Shown piece after piece: positions 47,911 to 61,150 of a stretch of 64,000 bases of DNA. The notes beneath the pieces were generated by a model. That model made no database searches and was not told the DNA's origin. It saw nothing but the letters and a program-made list of their open reading frames with translations. Every line of letters begins with the position of its first letter. Positions within the stretch are counted from its first letter, which is position 1. Source of the DNA: Paraphysomonas bandaiensis (lineage: Eukaryota; Protista; Chrysophyceae); contig CBFFRP010000077.1 in NCBI GenBank assembly GCA_965644295.1, forward strand, positions 1 to 64,000, written 5' to 3'. Position numbers and translations under genes: made by a program.

Positions 47911-48195
47911 ATTGAATGTCTTATTATTTAGCAATAGGCGTTGAAAGCCTGCACTAATTAGTGGCTAGAAGAATACTAGACATACTATTTAGACCTCTAC
48001 CCGTAACTAATCAATACAAACTCTTTTATCCTACCATTTAACGCTGCAGAAGCTGCTTGTGCGTCGCCGCAAGCACCAAGGTGCAACCACTTCCGTTCTT
48101 TGTGTGTGTTATAAGGCCCGCCATAATCGTCTGTCCTGGGACTCACCGGCGCGTGTGATCTGGAAGTCTCCCCTTGAGATGAGACTCCACTGGGT
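47908..48195 (-). mobile_element. LINE 3' fragment, subfamily 2 (homolog at 59236-59478, +)
   Basis: KGRLPD, GGAAGTGGTTGCACC...CAAGCAGCTTC motif, terminal TAATAAGACATTC. Confidence 0.7.
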
Positions 48196-49203
48196 TAGGA
48201 AATTGTTTTCATTATGTATGTAGTATGCATTAACAATTAACACTAATTATGTGAAGTGATTTGAATTAAGAAATTAATGTCATAACTAGAAGTATATATG
48301 ACACCAATTCGGTGGCGTTCTCTTCTACGAAATAAAAAATCTGCTATTTACAAATACAGCTGAATAGTCAATCACGCGTAGACTGTTAATGTCAATCGCG
48401 AGATTTTCGATAAATCGGAATTGTGTCATAATCCGTAAAATATTTCAAGAAAATGTATGCTATTGTGAATGGTTTTCGATTAGAGATGCTGTACGATCAT
48501 CTCCAACATTTCATCAAGGTAATCTTTAGCGTCTTCATTCTGTTCAAGCGTGTGTCTGGGGCGTTTTCTTGGGTGATTCGTACTACGATGCATTCTCTCT
48601 TCATAACTCATGCTTTATATTCTGTCCACAACTTTTAATATGTTTGAGGGTGATATTGTCATCTATAGTAAGATTTTCATGAGCGAAGTCAGGCGGGCTT
48701 CCTAAATCAAGGCAGTGATGCATCAATAACTTAACAATTGGCAATGGAATATTTTGTCCCTTCACCATTATTCTTTTGTTTAGTGGTTTCAACTAGCTCT
48801 TTATGTAAATTGGTCATGAATATGAAAGATATGGGTTATGTTGTTCCTGGACAGATTGCTGCTTCTCTGGAAGTCTAGGGCTCTTTCACTTTCCTTTTCT
48901 CTGTTCTGGTGTCATTACACTACTCATGATAATGCATTGGTGGCATTATTCTACCATTGACTCGTATATGACACCTGTGGTAGCCTGTTAATGGAGTGAC
49001 GTTGGGTCTTACTGAGTGCTGTGAGAAGGACGAAAGCAAAATAAGTACAACTTTCGAAAAAAAAAAGTGAAGTGAAAAAAACATCAGCCTCCTTCGTTGA
49101 AAAAGACCACACTGTAAATTCATATACACAGCAGTTTGGCATACTATATATCAACATCTCCTCATATTATTACCGGATCAAGATAAAGGCGTCAATATTC
49201 AGG

Positions 49204-51033
49204 ATGAAGAGAGCACGAAGTACGGATGATGATGATGACGAATTGAAAAAGTTTATGGAGTTAGCTGAGCAAGATGATACGGAATATCATGAATATGTGC
49301 CAGTGAAGCATAGAAGCTCTTGTAAGACCGAAAAATGTTCGAATACATCAGGTGTTGCTGCTGATATCAGCTCTAATAGTGATCATGTATATAACCAAAC
49401 CAAAACTTTACTGGATGAAGCAGACGCACTCAGAAAATCTCAAGCTTCGATGGATAAAAAGCTGCTCAAACAACAAAAACAACAATCATCTGAGGAGCTA
49501 CTACTTAGAGAAGCGAATCAGGTTCAAACGAATGCTTTACAATCTAACGAGGAAATTGCACAGGGTGTTCGATATTCAGAGAGTATGAGGTCGAGTTGGT
49601 CAGCTCCTACATATATTCTAGCTCAGGGGGAAGGCCATCATGAAGCTGCAAGAAAGAAATGGCATATACTTGTTGAAGGAGAAAAATGTCCTCCTCCTAT
49701 TAAATCTTTTCGTGAAATGAAATTTCCTGTGTGTATTTTGGAAGCAATGAAAGAAAAAGGAATATCTAAACCAACTCCAATACAAGTTCAGGGTATGCCG
49801 GCGATATTGAGTGGTAGGGATATCGTTGGTATAGCTTTCACTGGATCGGGAAAAACGCTAACGTTTTCTCTTCCTATGATTATGTTAGCCCAAGAAGATG
49901 AGGTGAAGCTGCCACTTCAAGCGGGAGAGGGGCCTATTGGCTTAGTCTTGTGTCCCTCTAGAGAACTTGCGAGGCAGACGTTTGAAGTGGTGGACTATTA
50001 CTGTAAATGCTTTAGTAAAAGTAGGGGACTATATACTCCCCTTCGGTCTTTGCTTTGTATTGGTGGTGAAGATAAGCGATGTCAAGTGGATTTTGTTCAA
50101 CGCCATGGTGTTCATTGTATCATTGCTACTCCGGGTCGTATAAATGATTTACTAAATCAGGGACGTATAAACATGCATCTATGCCGATATTTAGTTTTAG
50201 ATGAGGCAGATCGTATGTTAGATTTTGGATTTGACGAAGAAGTACATAGTATTATAAATCACTTCAAACGGCAAAGACAGACCATTTTATTTAGTGCCAC
50301 TATGCCGCAAAAATTTCAAGATTTTGCGAAGCATACACTGGTTCAACCGTTAGTCGTAAATGTTGGGCGGGCCGGTGCAGCGAATTTGGATGTAATTCAA
50401 GAAGTGGAATATGTTAAGTCTGAGGCTAAGATCGTATACCTTCTGGAGTGTCTGCAGAAAACTCCACCTCCAGTAATAATATTTTGTGAAAGGAAGCAAG
50501 ATGTTGATGATATACACGAATATTTACTTGTCAAGGGTGTGGCAGCAGCGAGTATTCACGGTGGGAAGGACCAAGATGAACGTAATGAATCCATACGAAT
50601 GTTTAAAGACGGAACCAAAGATGTTCTAGTTGCAACTGATATTGCAGCTAAGGGACTTGATTTTCCTGACATTCAGCATGTTATTAATTTTGATATGCCC
50701 GCTGAAATCGAGAATCACGTTCATCGCATTGGTAGGACTGGTCGATGCGGTCGTACAGGTGTTGCCACCACTTTCATAAACAAAGACGTGGATGAAAGTA
50801 CATTGTTGGATTTAAAACATTTGTTAATGGAGGCTAAACAACGAGTACCTCCTGTACTACAAGCGCTTGATGACCCAGATGACGATTTAATAGATGTTGG
50901 AGGAACTAAAGGGTGTGCATTCTGTGGTGGGTTGGGGCATAGAATTACTGACTGTCCGAAACTTGACAAAGATGCCCGCAGACTGGGACAAGGAAGAAAA
51001 GATGTCATTGGTACAACCGGAGGTGATTGGTAG
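49204..51033 (+). CDS. DDX41: DEAD-box RNA helicase DDX41/Abstrakt, intronless
   Basis: IAFTGSGKT, DEADRMLD, SATMP, VNVGRAGAANLDVIQEVEYVK, HRIGRTGR, C-terminal CAFCGGLGHRITDCPKL. Confidence 0.97.
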   Translation: MKRARSTDDDDDELKKFMELAEQDDTEYHEYVPVKHRSSCKTEKCSNTSGVAADISSNSDHVYNQTKTLLDEADALRKSQASMDKKLLKQQKQQSSEELLLREANQVQTNALQSNEEIAQGVRYSESMRSSWSAPTYILAQGEGHHEAARKKWHILVEGEKCPPPIKSFREMKFPVCILEAMKEKGISKPTPIQVQGMPAILSGRDIVGIAFTGSGKTLTFSLPMIMLAQEDEVKLPLQAGEGPIGLVLCPSRELARQTFEVVDYYCKCFSKSRGLYTPLRSLLCIGGEDKRCQVDFVQRHGVHCIIATPGRINDLLNQGRINMHLCRYLVLDEADRMLDFGFDEEVHSIINHFKRQRQTILFSATMPQKFQDFAKHTLVQPLVVNVGRAGAANLDVIQEVEYVKSEAKIVYLLECLQKTPPPVIIFCERKQDVDDIHEYLLVKGVAAASIHGGKDQDERNESIRMFKDGTKDVLVATDIAAKGLDFPDIQHVINFDMPAEIENHVHRIGRTGRCGRTGVATTFINKDVDESTLLDLKHLLMEAKQRVPPVLQALDDPDDDLIDVGGTKGCAFCGGLGHRITDCPKLDKDARRLGQGRKDVIGTTGGDW

Positions 51034-52769
51034 TATTAGAAAAGCCTTTGCGTTGGTGTTAAGAAAATATCGCATGGATTATGTGGTCTATGTGCTGACA
51101 GGTAGCCTTAAATACCATGCTCATTCGATAAAGCTGTGTAAAGATACTTCTAATAGTACTCTTATTAATAATATTCTGTCGTACTCTTAATAATTGCTCA
51201 ATACCAATGTTTGACATTTTGACCATATTAGAAGTCTCGATTGAACTCTAAAATAATACAGCATTTATATATCACCATTTGTCATATTCGGATAGTTTAA
51301 ATTCAATTAACTCAACATTGTAAACACTCAATTATTAATACTATAATCAATATCTCATATCATTTATTGTCACTCAGCAAGTTCACGTTGTCTCTACTAC
51401 CAATCAATATTTTCAAATCTTAGATAGCCACAATCTTCAAACGTTACACTGCACAGTCAAGAAGTAGACTCAAACAATATGTTGCAAGAAGCAAGAAGTG
51501 CAACAGACTTGTTTCGCCGGCGCTTCATCAGAGCCCCCACTGGAGTACATATCTAGAGTGTTGAATTTAAACCATCCATTAATTCAATATATTATATTTA
51601 TGCAATTACTTAATATACGTAATATGTATATATGACCAGATTGACTTTCGTAGGTAAATCATTAACTAAAACAAATGACTGTCGACAAATACATACATTC
51701 AATGCTAAATTAGTTCTGACTCTTAAACACACCTATTGCTAATAATAAGACATTCACTACTATAATCTGGAACTCTAATATCGTCGTCATTTATATTAAA
51801 CTCATTGCAGTGATATCTCAATTTAATGTTGTGCTATTTTAATTGTTGCAATCTGTTTGCTGTATGAGCATTTGATTTGTTTGTAATCAGTAAGATCAGA
51901 ATCTTTCGTCCAAAACGAAAGAGAATGTTAAGATTTTCAAGTATTTTAGCTTACTTTGGGAGAAATGTTAATTATGTCAATGAATACTGGTCAGACATAC
52001 TACATTGCTTATAATAATCATAATGCATTGAAAAACACATCAGTGCAACACCTACTACACCAGTTTAAATCAAGAGCTGTATAACATAAGTCAAGAGTAT
52101 AATATGTAATATTTTCCCAGGTTTCGACCGTTTTACCAGATTTTATGCCCAGGTCGACTTATGGTACCAGGGTAGGTTTAGAAGCGTATCGAAATAACAA
52201 GCCGGTGGATTATCTTAAAGTTGTTTAGAGTGGTTATAATCGAATATACAATAATGTACATATATATATTATGTTGCTATATTATATAATATACTATATA
52301 TAACAGTTCTGGTGCCCTTGCCAAATACAATAGAAGCAGCACCAAATTAGATATTACCCACTATAATAGGGCGAAGATACACACAAAGAAACTGCGGTTC
52401 GCACCAGTATCTACCCACTCTTGATCATCTTGATCAAGTTCTTTTGCACCGAATCCTATTTTTTATATCGTTCAAAGCACATGTATTGAGAATAAGAAAT
52501 ACTGGGTAAGAGAGCGTATGTCGAGGTAATACCAAAACCTGGTGAAATTTTTGATGATAGTCGGAAAAGAATAAAAATAATATGCACAATAACTAACTAA
52601 CTATGAAGGTATTAATAGAGTGGTAAAGAATATAAATAATATTACTTACAATACTTTTTACTATTTTCCTACATTTATATTACTTCACTGACTACACCTA
52701 TATATATAATAATATTATACAGTTCAAGCTATTCCAACATTGACAACTAGTATAGTAGAGCTATTCTTT

Positions 52770-53283
52770 GTACATCATGATGACGTAGACCCATATGAAC
52801 CACTTAATACAGCGACACTGTATCATGTTAGTGCCGGTGACCAAACTGCTGATATTTTCACCGAAATTGTCTCGTGGTGTCACATATGAGAAACATCGAA
52901 AGCGGTGTCTAGACGAAAATCTGAAAGATTCTAAGGAAATTATCAGTAGAAATCAAAGACCATATGAGCGATGACTACGGTATAAGGCTAACTAAAATGT
53001 CGGAGTCATACGACGTCCACCATGTCTTGTGATGAGAAGATTCTATCTCTACAGTCTTGAATCAAGAGGGAGGGTTGAGATTGCTGTTTGAGAGCAATTA
53101 AATGCTATAGTTCTAAGTTCTAAGGTATGTGAATTATGACCGTTACTAATTTTTCTTGAAGAATACAGTAGTGGGGTTATCAGCATCATATTGAGCTAAT
53201 GATATGATAATAATAATATAAATAATAGTAGTGAAACTAAAACATATTGACTGTATAAGATATGAGATGGTGTCTATATAAGG
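52770..53283 (+). mobile_element. Copia RNase H end, PPT and LTR (LTR continues after the hAT insertion)
   Basis: DQTADIFT and PPT AAGAGGGGAGGG. LTR homologous to 59480-59735. Confidence 0.6.
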
Positions 53284-54304
53284 CAGGGCTGCGTAACAAT
53301 TAATTGAATTGCAATTAATTGTTATTGCAATTTAATTGCATGGAACATACGTAATAATTGCAATTATAATTGCTCGCTGGAAAGTTGCGATTAAATTGCA
53401 ATTAATTGGCAATTGTTTCCTATATAGTATAAGGACATATTATTAAATTAGAACTTGGAAAACATGAAGGACGATGGCCATTTATTTCCCTTAATGGCCA
53501 TCACTCTTCTTCATGGCTATTAACATGGTGGGGAGCCAAGAAATCAGGGCAGCTTTACGTGGAGCTGATCCCATGGATTCTTATGTTGAGAGAAAAGTTT
53601 CTCCTTCCCCTCTTCATGCGTTCAGATGGTTGGAGTGGATAACTATAGACGATCGTCCATTTTCTTTTGCGGAGAAAGCGTTGACGATCTTATAGTAATG
53701 TGCGTTTTTTATTAATACCTTATTTCAAAACTAGTACTAGCCACCACCTTGGTGCGGACGTGGACATAATTATGAATCAGTTGTGAAAGTTCACAAAGTG
53801 GATTGTAGGACACTCCCACTCGACCTGAAAGTGTGCAGCTCTAACGTTTTCTGTTGGACAGAACTGATGAAGAAGAGAATAAATAAGATGATGGTGTCGA
53901 ATCACTGACGAGAATACATCAAGCGCACCATGAACAAAGCGAGTACGCACTACCAAACCAACTAAGTACCGCTGCTTGAAGCATATTTACTTCACTACTA
54001 ATTGTGCAGAAAGGCTTTCAGAGAGCAAAACTCAACATGAGTGAATTGCGCAAATCAATGACACCCCATCGATTAGAGGCCATTATGTTTTTACCTAAAA
54101 TAGACTTCTATGGAATGCAAGTACGGTTGAAGATGCCATTCGTGTTTGTAGTGTGTACTCAGTTACTTAGACAATAATTGGCAATTAAATTGCAATTAAT
54201 TACATTGATTGCAATTCTAATTGGGCGAGCTATAACTAATAATTGTAATTAAATTGCTAAAAAACACTTGCAATGTAATTGTAATTAATTTTTACGCAGC
54301 CCTG
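53284..54304 (+). mobile_element. Internally deleted hAT transposon
   Basis: TIRs CAGGGCTGCGTAA..ATTAATT / AATTAAT..TTACGCAGCCCTG, 8-bp TSD ATATAAGG, AATTGC subterminal repeats. Transposase pieces FRWLEWITIDDRPFSFAE and AKLNMSELRKSMTPHRLEAIMFL. Confidence 0.92.
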
Positions 54305-55761
54305 ATATAAGGTCGTATGAAAATAATAGGTAGTTGATATATTGGCGAATGGTAATGAACGATAAAAGTGAGATTGATCATACAGTAACTTATAATTCAA
54401 GCATCGAGTGTACACTACGTTCTATTATTTAAGCCTCTATCATACTATTATGTTCAGTCTTGCTTCTATTTCGACTCAATGTAATAATATATAAAACCAT
54501 ATAGAGCCAATTATAGCATCAGAACATGTTGTAGTTCTGTATATAATATGGTGTCTATATATAAGATCATATGAAAAAAAAGGAATTTACATTGCTGGCC
54601 CGGTGGCAGGCGGTGACTGGTAGAGGTTAACCGCATGCTAGACCGTCACAGTTACACTTTCTGTGAAATTATTGATTTTCCCCGAGCCATGGAACGCATT
54701 ATTTCCGTAAAACAAGCCACCGGAATCACACACCCCATGATCATTGATTTTCAAACCTTACTTCGTGATCAATGCCGCGCCCCAAATGCAAGTGTAATCA
54801 GAAAATTCTCTATTCCAATGATCTGTTTTCATTTCATCTACGATTTTTATGGAGTTGATATATCCCAATTGATTTTGATGGATCTTTGAGTTTGCGACTT
54901 TGGAATTTTCTGTTGTTCTTCAAGAGTCCTGTTCAGATATATATTTTGATGAGATTCACAATGTTCAACAGAGAGTATTGTAGTTCAGTTGCTTATCAAT
55001 GTTAGCATATCGAGAGGTTTGAAGATAAAGTTGTAATTTTGATTGTGACGTGGATATGCTATGATGAGATGTTTGGTTTCAGAATAAGTGATTGAATGTC
55101 GCACCGGTGTTTACTCTAAATAGTCAAGTGTCAGTTTGGGATGTGTATCACCTCGTACTTTAAATATTGTTAGCATTGTTGACTCTATGTGCATGCAGTT
55201 TCGATTTGTTGCACTTCACAGTGGAGAAGGTTTAGATATACTGTTGAATTTTTTCAAATAAATTGATTTTGTTCAATATTCGTTCACCTTGGAATGAAGG
55301 GGAGATGAATCAATCTAATCTGAATTTCTTTTCAACAGTTCAATCTCAAGGGAGATTTTCAATTTCTTGTTCTGAATGGGAACTATTGTTCGACTATTGT
55401 ATTGCCAATGGTGCCTAAGAGTTTTCTATACGGTACTATGTGGACTATGCTTGTTTCAATTGATGTTGTTTCAAAATAAGCTTGCCTCGCGCCCAGAAAG
55501 ATGGGAGGCCAGGAGAATTCATGTTACCCAGCTCTATCAATATCGGATGTTAGCGAAATCAGAAAAGTATCACTGGGTCAAGCATATTCAAGTTAGTCTA
55601 AAACACCTTACCTTAAACAACAATGTAGGTGTCGTGAGCAATTAACGTACATGTTGGATATATTCTTTTCTCCATAACCACTTCTTCGTGATTTTAATTT
55701 ATATTTTGTAATTTCTCCTACGTTTCTCACCAAGATAAGTCAGTTTGATCCTGGCAGTGAA

Positions 55762-55834
55762 GGGCGTCTAGCTCAATTGGTAGAGCGCACGCTTCGCATG
55801 CGTGAGGTATTGGGATCGAAGCCCAAGTCGTCCA
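55762..55834 (+). tRNA. trnA-CGC: tRNA-Ala (anticodon CGC)
   Basis: Cloverleaf with a G3-U70 pair, D arm GCTC-AATTGGTA-GAGC, anticodon arm CACGC-TTCGCAT-GCGTG, T loop ATCGAAG, followed by a T9 Pol III terminator. Confidence 0.95.
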
Positions 55835-55996
55835 CTTTTTTTTAGCGCCACTCTACGTCGAGGGCACCCTACACAGTATATATGGTATACTGCGAGGTAC
55901 TGATCATAGGCAATGCATGATGTTTGAAGTCGTATATATGTCGCAATGAGCACAATTTCTTGGGAACGAGTTCGGTTTCCACCATCTAATTTTACA

Positions 55997-56952
55997 ATGA
56001 GTGAGTTTGCAACTGAGTTACTTATATACCAAGGGGCAGAAGGGGTAAGCATCTGTGAATATACTGCGAGCATTGCTTTTGTTCACATATCGCACAGAGA
56101 GTGTATTCATCCTATTTACTTTCGCGGAAGGTCGTAATTAAGGAACGGGTACGTAAAGCCTACAGAGTCCCAGAGCTCGACATCAAGATCAATAAGCAGC
56201 GGCTACTTCAGGTAGCATTTAGTATTTTTCATTGACAACAATTCATAGTGGAATAGGAAGTTCGATGCAATGTTAAATGTAGACGAGCAGGAGTACCGAC
56301 GCCAACTATATACAACGTAAACTTGCTGGGTTTAAGAATTACTTTCGAATACGTCGGTGGCCCGTCCGTGAGGGATTTTATTCGAAGTTCAGGTCCTCCA
56401 TACTGTAATGTAAAATTGTGATGCATAATTCCATTTGCTTTTAGCTAACAGCGAGCTTCTGATTGTACTTGCCAGAGCGATTGGAAATGCTGTTGGGAAA
56501 ATGCATGATATTGATGTTGTTCACGGAGATCTCACCACATCTAATATTATGTTGCGCGCCAAACCGCCTTCAGATATTCGACCAAGTGAGTGGAATCCTG
56601 AAATCGTAATTATTGACTTTGGACTGGGTATGACAAAATCAATCATTGAAGACAAAGCCGTAGATTTATATGTTTTGGAGAGGGCACTAATATCAACTCA
56701 CCCAGGATCAGATTACCTGGTGAGTGGTTCTCAAGAGCCGGATGATACACTAAAATTGTGGTGTACATATAGGTGGATACTGTGATGGATGCTTACAGAT
56801 TCGGTTGTCGCCGTGGCGCACCTATACTTCAAAGGCTAGAGCAGGTACTGTCTATAAATTTATTTGGAGTGTGGCACCTATGTCGTAGTTGTGTGTCTGA
56901 TAACGGTGAGCAGGTCAGGCAGCGAGGTCGTAAGCGTGATATGACGGGATAG
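55997..56952 (+). CDS. BUD32: BUD32/TP53RK (PRPK) KEOPS kinase, multi-exon
   Basis: YQGAEG, KERVRKAYRVPELD, EVRCNVKCRRAGV, VHGDLTTSNIML, IDFGL, EDKAVDLYVLERA, VRQRGRKRDMTG*. Confidence 0.95.
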
Positions 56953-57335
56953 AAAGCTACTTTTAATGGAAAGACGGAAGAAAACGTAGAAGAATAATAT
57001 GTTTTAGGTTTATTTCTGAAATATAAGGCATGTGGTTGCGTTTACTAACGTGGAATTTATCATATTCTTACTTTCCATGAAAGAGGTTAGCACATCGAAC
57101 AAGCGAAATACACACAGTACAGGCATGTTTTTAAATTTTGTAAATAACATTAGTGAGGAGATCACAATGATAGCACTATGGTGAGTGTCGCATACATGTG
57201 ACCCTAGTAGCTAAAAATTTATATCTATTATCTCTCATCGTTAATTGATATTCGCTACAGTTATATTCTCTCAACTACCAATCAATGTTTTCAGATCTTA
57301 GCCATGATCTTATACAGTCAATGTTACAGTTAAAC

Positions 57336-57576
57336 ACCCTCAACAATAAAGTCGGACTCGCACCTTTTCGTGGTGTTCTGGGGGATAAGTACCTGGAAAC
57401 TATCGTGAGTTGCATATAGAGTCAGCAGGTAATGTTCTGTCTACTCATAGCCAAATGCTTGTGTGGTGTGTGGTACAAGGGACATTAATTAGTGTCACTT
57501 GTGTAGACGTCTTTGGGCTAAACAGGCATCCCACCTCAAGGGTATCCGTGGTATTGGGCTGCCTGCTGAAGTCAAG
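57336..57576 (-). repeat. Inverted, internally deleted copy of the structured region at 10630-10920
   Basis: Long matching blocks, e.g. aagtcggactcgcaccttttcgtggtgttctgggggataagtacc. Confidence 0.85.
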
Positions 57577-57789
57577 GAAAGGGATATAGTGTTATATAGA
57601 TAGTAGTGAATGTCTTATTATTAGCAATTGGAGTTTCAGAGTCAGTACTAATTTAGCATTGAAGTTTAGCTAACTATTTGCTTTGTTGAGTTTTGCTACA
57701 GCTCTAAGGTATTTAAAATTTGATTCCTCTTCGGGTGAAAATACAGTCCAACAAAAAGTTACACCTTTTTAGCAAGCTCTCAGCTCAAT

Positions 57790-59235
57790 GTCTCTATGGA
57801 GACCGTGGTTGTGTCACATTTGCGGGCCCAGGCTCAGCGTGTCCTCTTTTTCCCAAGAATGGCTGCACTTTGTTTCACACCACCCTGCCGACAAATATCT
57901 TGTCTTACCATGTTGTATATGTTTCCAGGTCCATAACTTGGCTTTGCAATTACCTTTTTACCTAACGCCTTCAGTTAAACCACGTGCCTGCACCAATGCA
58001 GCGCTGACAGCTCCTATAGGACATCACCCTAGTAGATGCATCCGTCTAACACACCGCTCTCTCCGGCTACAGCCAATTAGAGCATGGCTCGTGCGAGCAG
58101 GTCCACGCAAACGGCCTCGATGTACTTTCTCTGCAACCCCTGTCTCCTCTCGACACCTCTCCACTGCACAACAGGGCTATCTCCTGACGACCACCCAAAC
58201 CAACCCAACATGGTTTGTCTGTGGGTCGATGCACCAAGCAGAGTACCCCCTCACACTGTTTACCTATCATCATACATCTCATTGGATGGACACAGTGTTC
58301 CGCATACAACTGTGTCCTACAGGATTCCAAATATATTGCAGCTGTCCCATGTACCTGTACATGTACCTGTATACCTGTACTGTTGGACACATCACCATGT
58401 ACCTGTACACCTGTACTGTTGGACACATCACCATGTACCTGTACACCTGTACTGTTGGACACATTACCGGCTCTCTCTCTCTCTGCTGTCCAACACACTC
58501 ATAACACCACTGCACTGTCATACACACGCACCCCACACTCTACCTCCTCCTCGAAAACACCCCCAGACAAACCATCTCCCCTCCCTCCGTCTCTGACACC
58601 TTGCCGTCATCTTCCTTCCACACACACTCTATGCCTCAGCCTGTACTCCCCTGCACCAACACAGACACTAACAAGGGCAGCTGAGGCCGTCCGAGTGTCT
58701 CCTCCAGACCATCATCATCATCTCGTGCATAGGTCTATAAGAGTACCCGACCTTAACAGACCTAGTTCTGTTGCGCAGTCCCACTCTCCTCAATCAGATG
58801 TTGCCTCTTTTGCACCATCACACTCCCTCTCGACTCCCTGTTGCTGGACACACCGGATGACCCTCATATCCCACCCCTGTCCAGCTATACACTCTCTTGC
58901 ATGTGCTCTCTACCGCTGGCTAAGACAGCAAAAGAGTCGATTTCGACGCTTCTTCACAGTAGGCCATAACCTTTTGCAAGACCTTCATCCACATACCTCC
59001 GAGCCACTTGGCACAATGCCTAAAGGAAGGCCACCAGATCGCCAATCTCAGCAGGGTATAGTACTGTTTCCCCTGGTTGCCGTGGGGTACATAAGGCAGT
59101 CCCCGATGCAAATTGCACACAATGTATGTGTAGTCTTAAGCGTTCCAGTGTTGTAGTAGTAGACTTAGATCACTGCTTTCACTTGTCATGCTGTACGTTG
59201 CACAATGTGTCCCCTACATACACATCTATTATATA
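57790..59235 (+). mobile_element. Decayed LINE 3' portion (subfamily 3) containing a 36-bp tandem repeat
   Basis: Ends MPKGRPPD, followed by ...AAGGCAGTCCCCGA. About three copies of ATGTACCTGTACACCTGTACTGTTGGACACATCACC at 58360-58468. Confidence 0.55.
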
Positions 59236-59478
59236 GCGCCGGTGAGTCCTAGGACACACAACAATGGCGAAACTCGCAATCAACATCAAGAACGGAAGTG
59301 GTCGCACCTTGGTGCTTGCGGCGACGCACAAGCAGCTTCTGTAGCGTTAAATAGTAGGATAATGGAATTTGTGCTGATTAGTTATGGGTAGAGGTCTAAC
59401 TAGTATGTCTAACATTCAACTAGCCACTATATTGGTACAGGTTTTAACGCCTACTGCTAAATATAAAGACTTTCAATA
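59236..59478 (+). mobile_element. LINE 3' fragment, subfamily 2
   Basis: Reverse-complement homolog of 47908-48150. Confidence 0.7.
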
Positions 59479-59479
59479 T

Positions 59480-60110
59480 CTAAGGTATTTGAATGATGAC
59501 CGTTACGTGAAGAATACAATAGTGATTAACAGTATTAAATGAACTATTGATGAAATAGGAAAAATAGTAGAGAAACAGAAATATATTGACTGTATAAGAT
59601 CGTATGAAAATGATTGCCAGTTGAGGTAAAATGCATTTTGGGCGAATTGAGATTGATCATAATTTATAACTAAACTATTGAGTGTTATTTACGTTCAGCT
59701 TATCAAGCTTTTACCATCCTATTCTGTCAGATTTTGATATGGTAGCAGATATTAGTTCCGCAAGTAAGCCAACTCGGACTTGAAACAGTTTCCGAAATTT
59801 GACCAGTTTGGTGTGGCGAACTAGACGAAGCGATTATAAGGGTGTGGCTCATGAGGAAGAAATGGAACCCTAGAGGATTAGAGGAGCTCCCGCAACTACC
59901 TGCTGACAACGCATCTACAGCCGTTAGAAACAAGTATTCAGAAGATTATGTGGCTTGAGCGGAAAGACATCTGCATAAGCTAACACAGAAAGGAGGTGAA
60001 ACCTGTAGCTGAGGCTCTCGAAATTGTCGACCACTCGATGATCTGGAGAAGGAAATGTTAGCAGGTGAAATTGTGAACAGATTAGTTACAAGGGTACGAG
60101 GTGAAACTCA
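59480..60110 (+). mobile_element. Copia partial LTR, PBS and decayed gag start
   Basis: LTR similar to 53120-54480. PBS TGGTAGCAGA at about 59740. WLMRKKWNPRGL resembles the gag at 8386. Confidence 0.55.
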
Positions 60111-60309
60111 ATATCATAATTTAATTATTTTATATCTCATTAATACTGTTTCATTTTAATATTATAAATAATACTATACAGGGGGGGATTATAGATAAGC
60201 GACAGTCCGATAAATGCTCTACTATGCTAAAAGCTATTTAGGTGCTCAACTAAGATAGATGCATATGAACACTATATATAAAATGCAATCTTGAAATACA
60301 TGGGCAAGG

Positions 60310-61150
60310 ACAGTCAAAACTCCTCCGCCTTACCGCCCCCTCACGGGACGTTTCCGGTCTGGACTCATACGCTTATGAGCTCCTGGGCACGACTACGGCT
60401 CTATCGTTCTCCACCTAAATCCCCATTGAAAAACCCATGCGCTCAGACTGCAGGCGTCTGTCTGCGCACCGATGAAGCCTTCTCCTCACAACAACGTGAA
60501 CTAGGACATCGAGCCAATGGAGTCTTCTTAGAAAGCATCGTTACCAACAAGGCGTGTGACAGGGGAGGAACATCACTACTTATAGATAATTCAGAGCGTC
60601 GAGACTGAATGGTCATTTGAATGCAAGGGAATCTACTTGGCGACACCGACGCGGAAGGCGACTGGCTAGAAGTCGGTCGTCTGGGTGGACGGCAAAACTA
60701 CACTAATAAGTGTGAGTCAATGTTGGAGCTTGATTCATTGATTTAGACAGAACAGCTTGCTTGAACTGTGGTCATCCCCAAGACACTATAAAGCACATGT
60801 GTCTCGACTGCAACCATCCCTCCATCTCTCAGCTGCGGGAATCTGCCTTCTTCCAAACACAAAGAGGCTTGATGTCGTACGCACAGATCAGCACACACCG
60901 GCATGATGGATAGTCACAGTTCTCGAAGCCCTATCATGGAGAGCCTGGGACACGCCTCTACACCCCAAGTCCAGAGATTTTGGACATGCACCATCACTCA
61001 GGATCAAAACTAGCTAAAATATGTAGGCCCGAGCACATCCTCCAGCCTAAATACTCGAGGATTGCGTGCATTTGAATCTGCGGTCGTAAGCGCCCTGTAA
61101 CCTCTCTTTGCTGCAGGTAAACGGATGCTTAGCGATCGCTGCAAACGCTA
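60310..61150 (+). mobile_element. LINE RNase H and zinc-finger remnant
   Basis: LGHRANGVFLESI, WSFECKGIYLA and CLNCGHPQDTIKHMCLDCNHP parallel the LINE at 36181-39190. Confidence 0.6.

Larger units (their letters stand above)
46977..48998. repeat. Long inverted duplication with arms of about 505 bp (46977-47484 / 48492-48998)
   Basis: The arms are near-identical reverse complements; the ORF track shows the same 63-aa peptide on both strands. Confidence 0.92.

Noticed and set aside
49072-49203. N-terminal extension of DDX41 in the ORF track
   Set aside because: It starts at GTG. The first ATG at 49204 is the likelier eukaryotic start.
58350-58468. 36-bp repeats resembling a CRISPR array
   Set aside because: Head-to-tail units with no unique spacers, eukaryotic context and no cas genes; this is a minisatellite.
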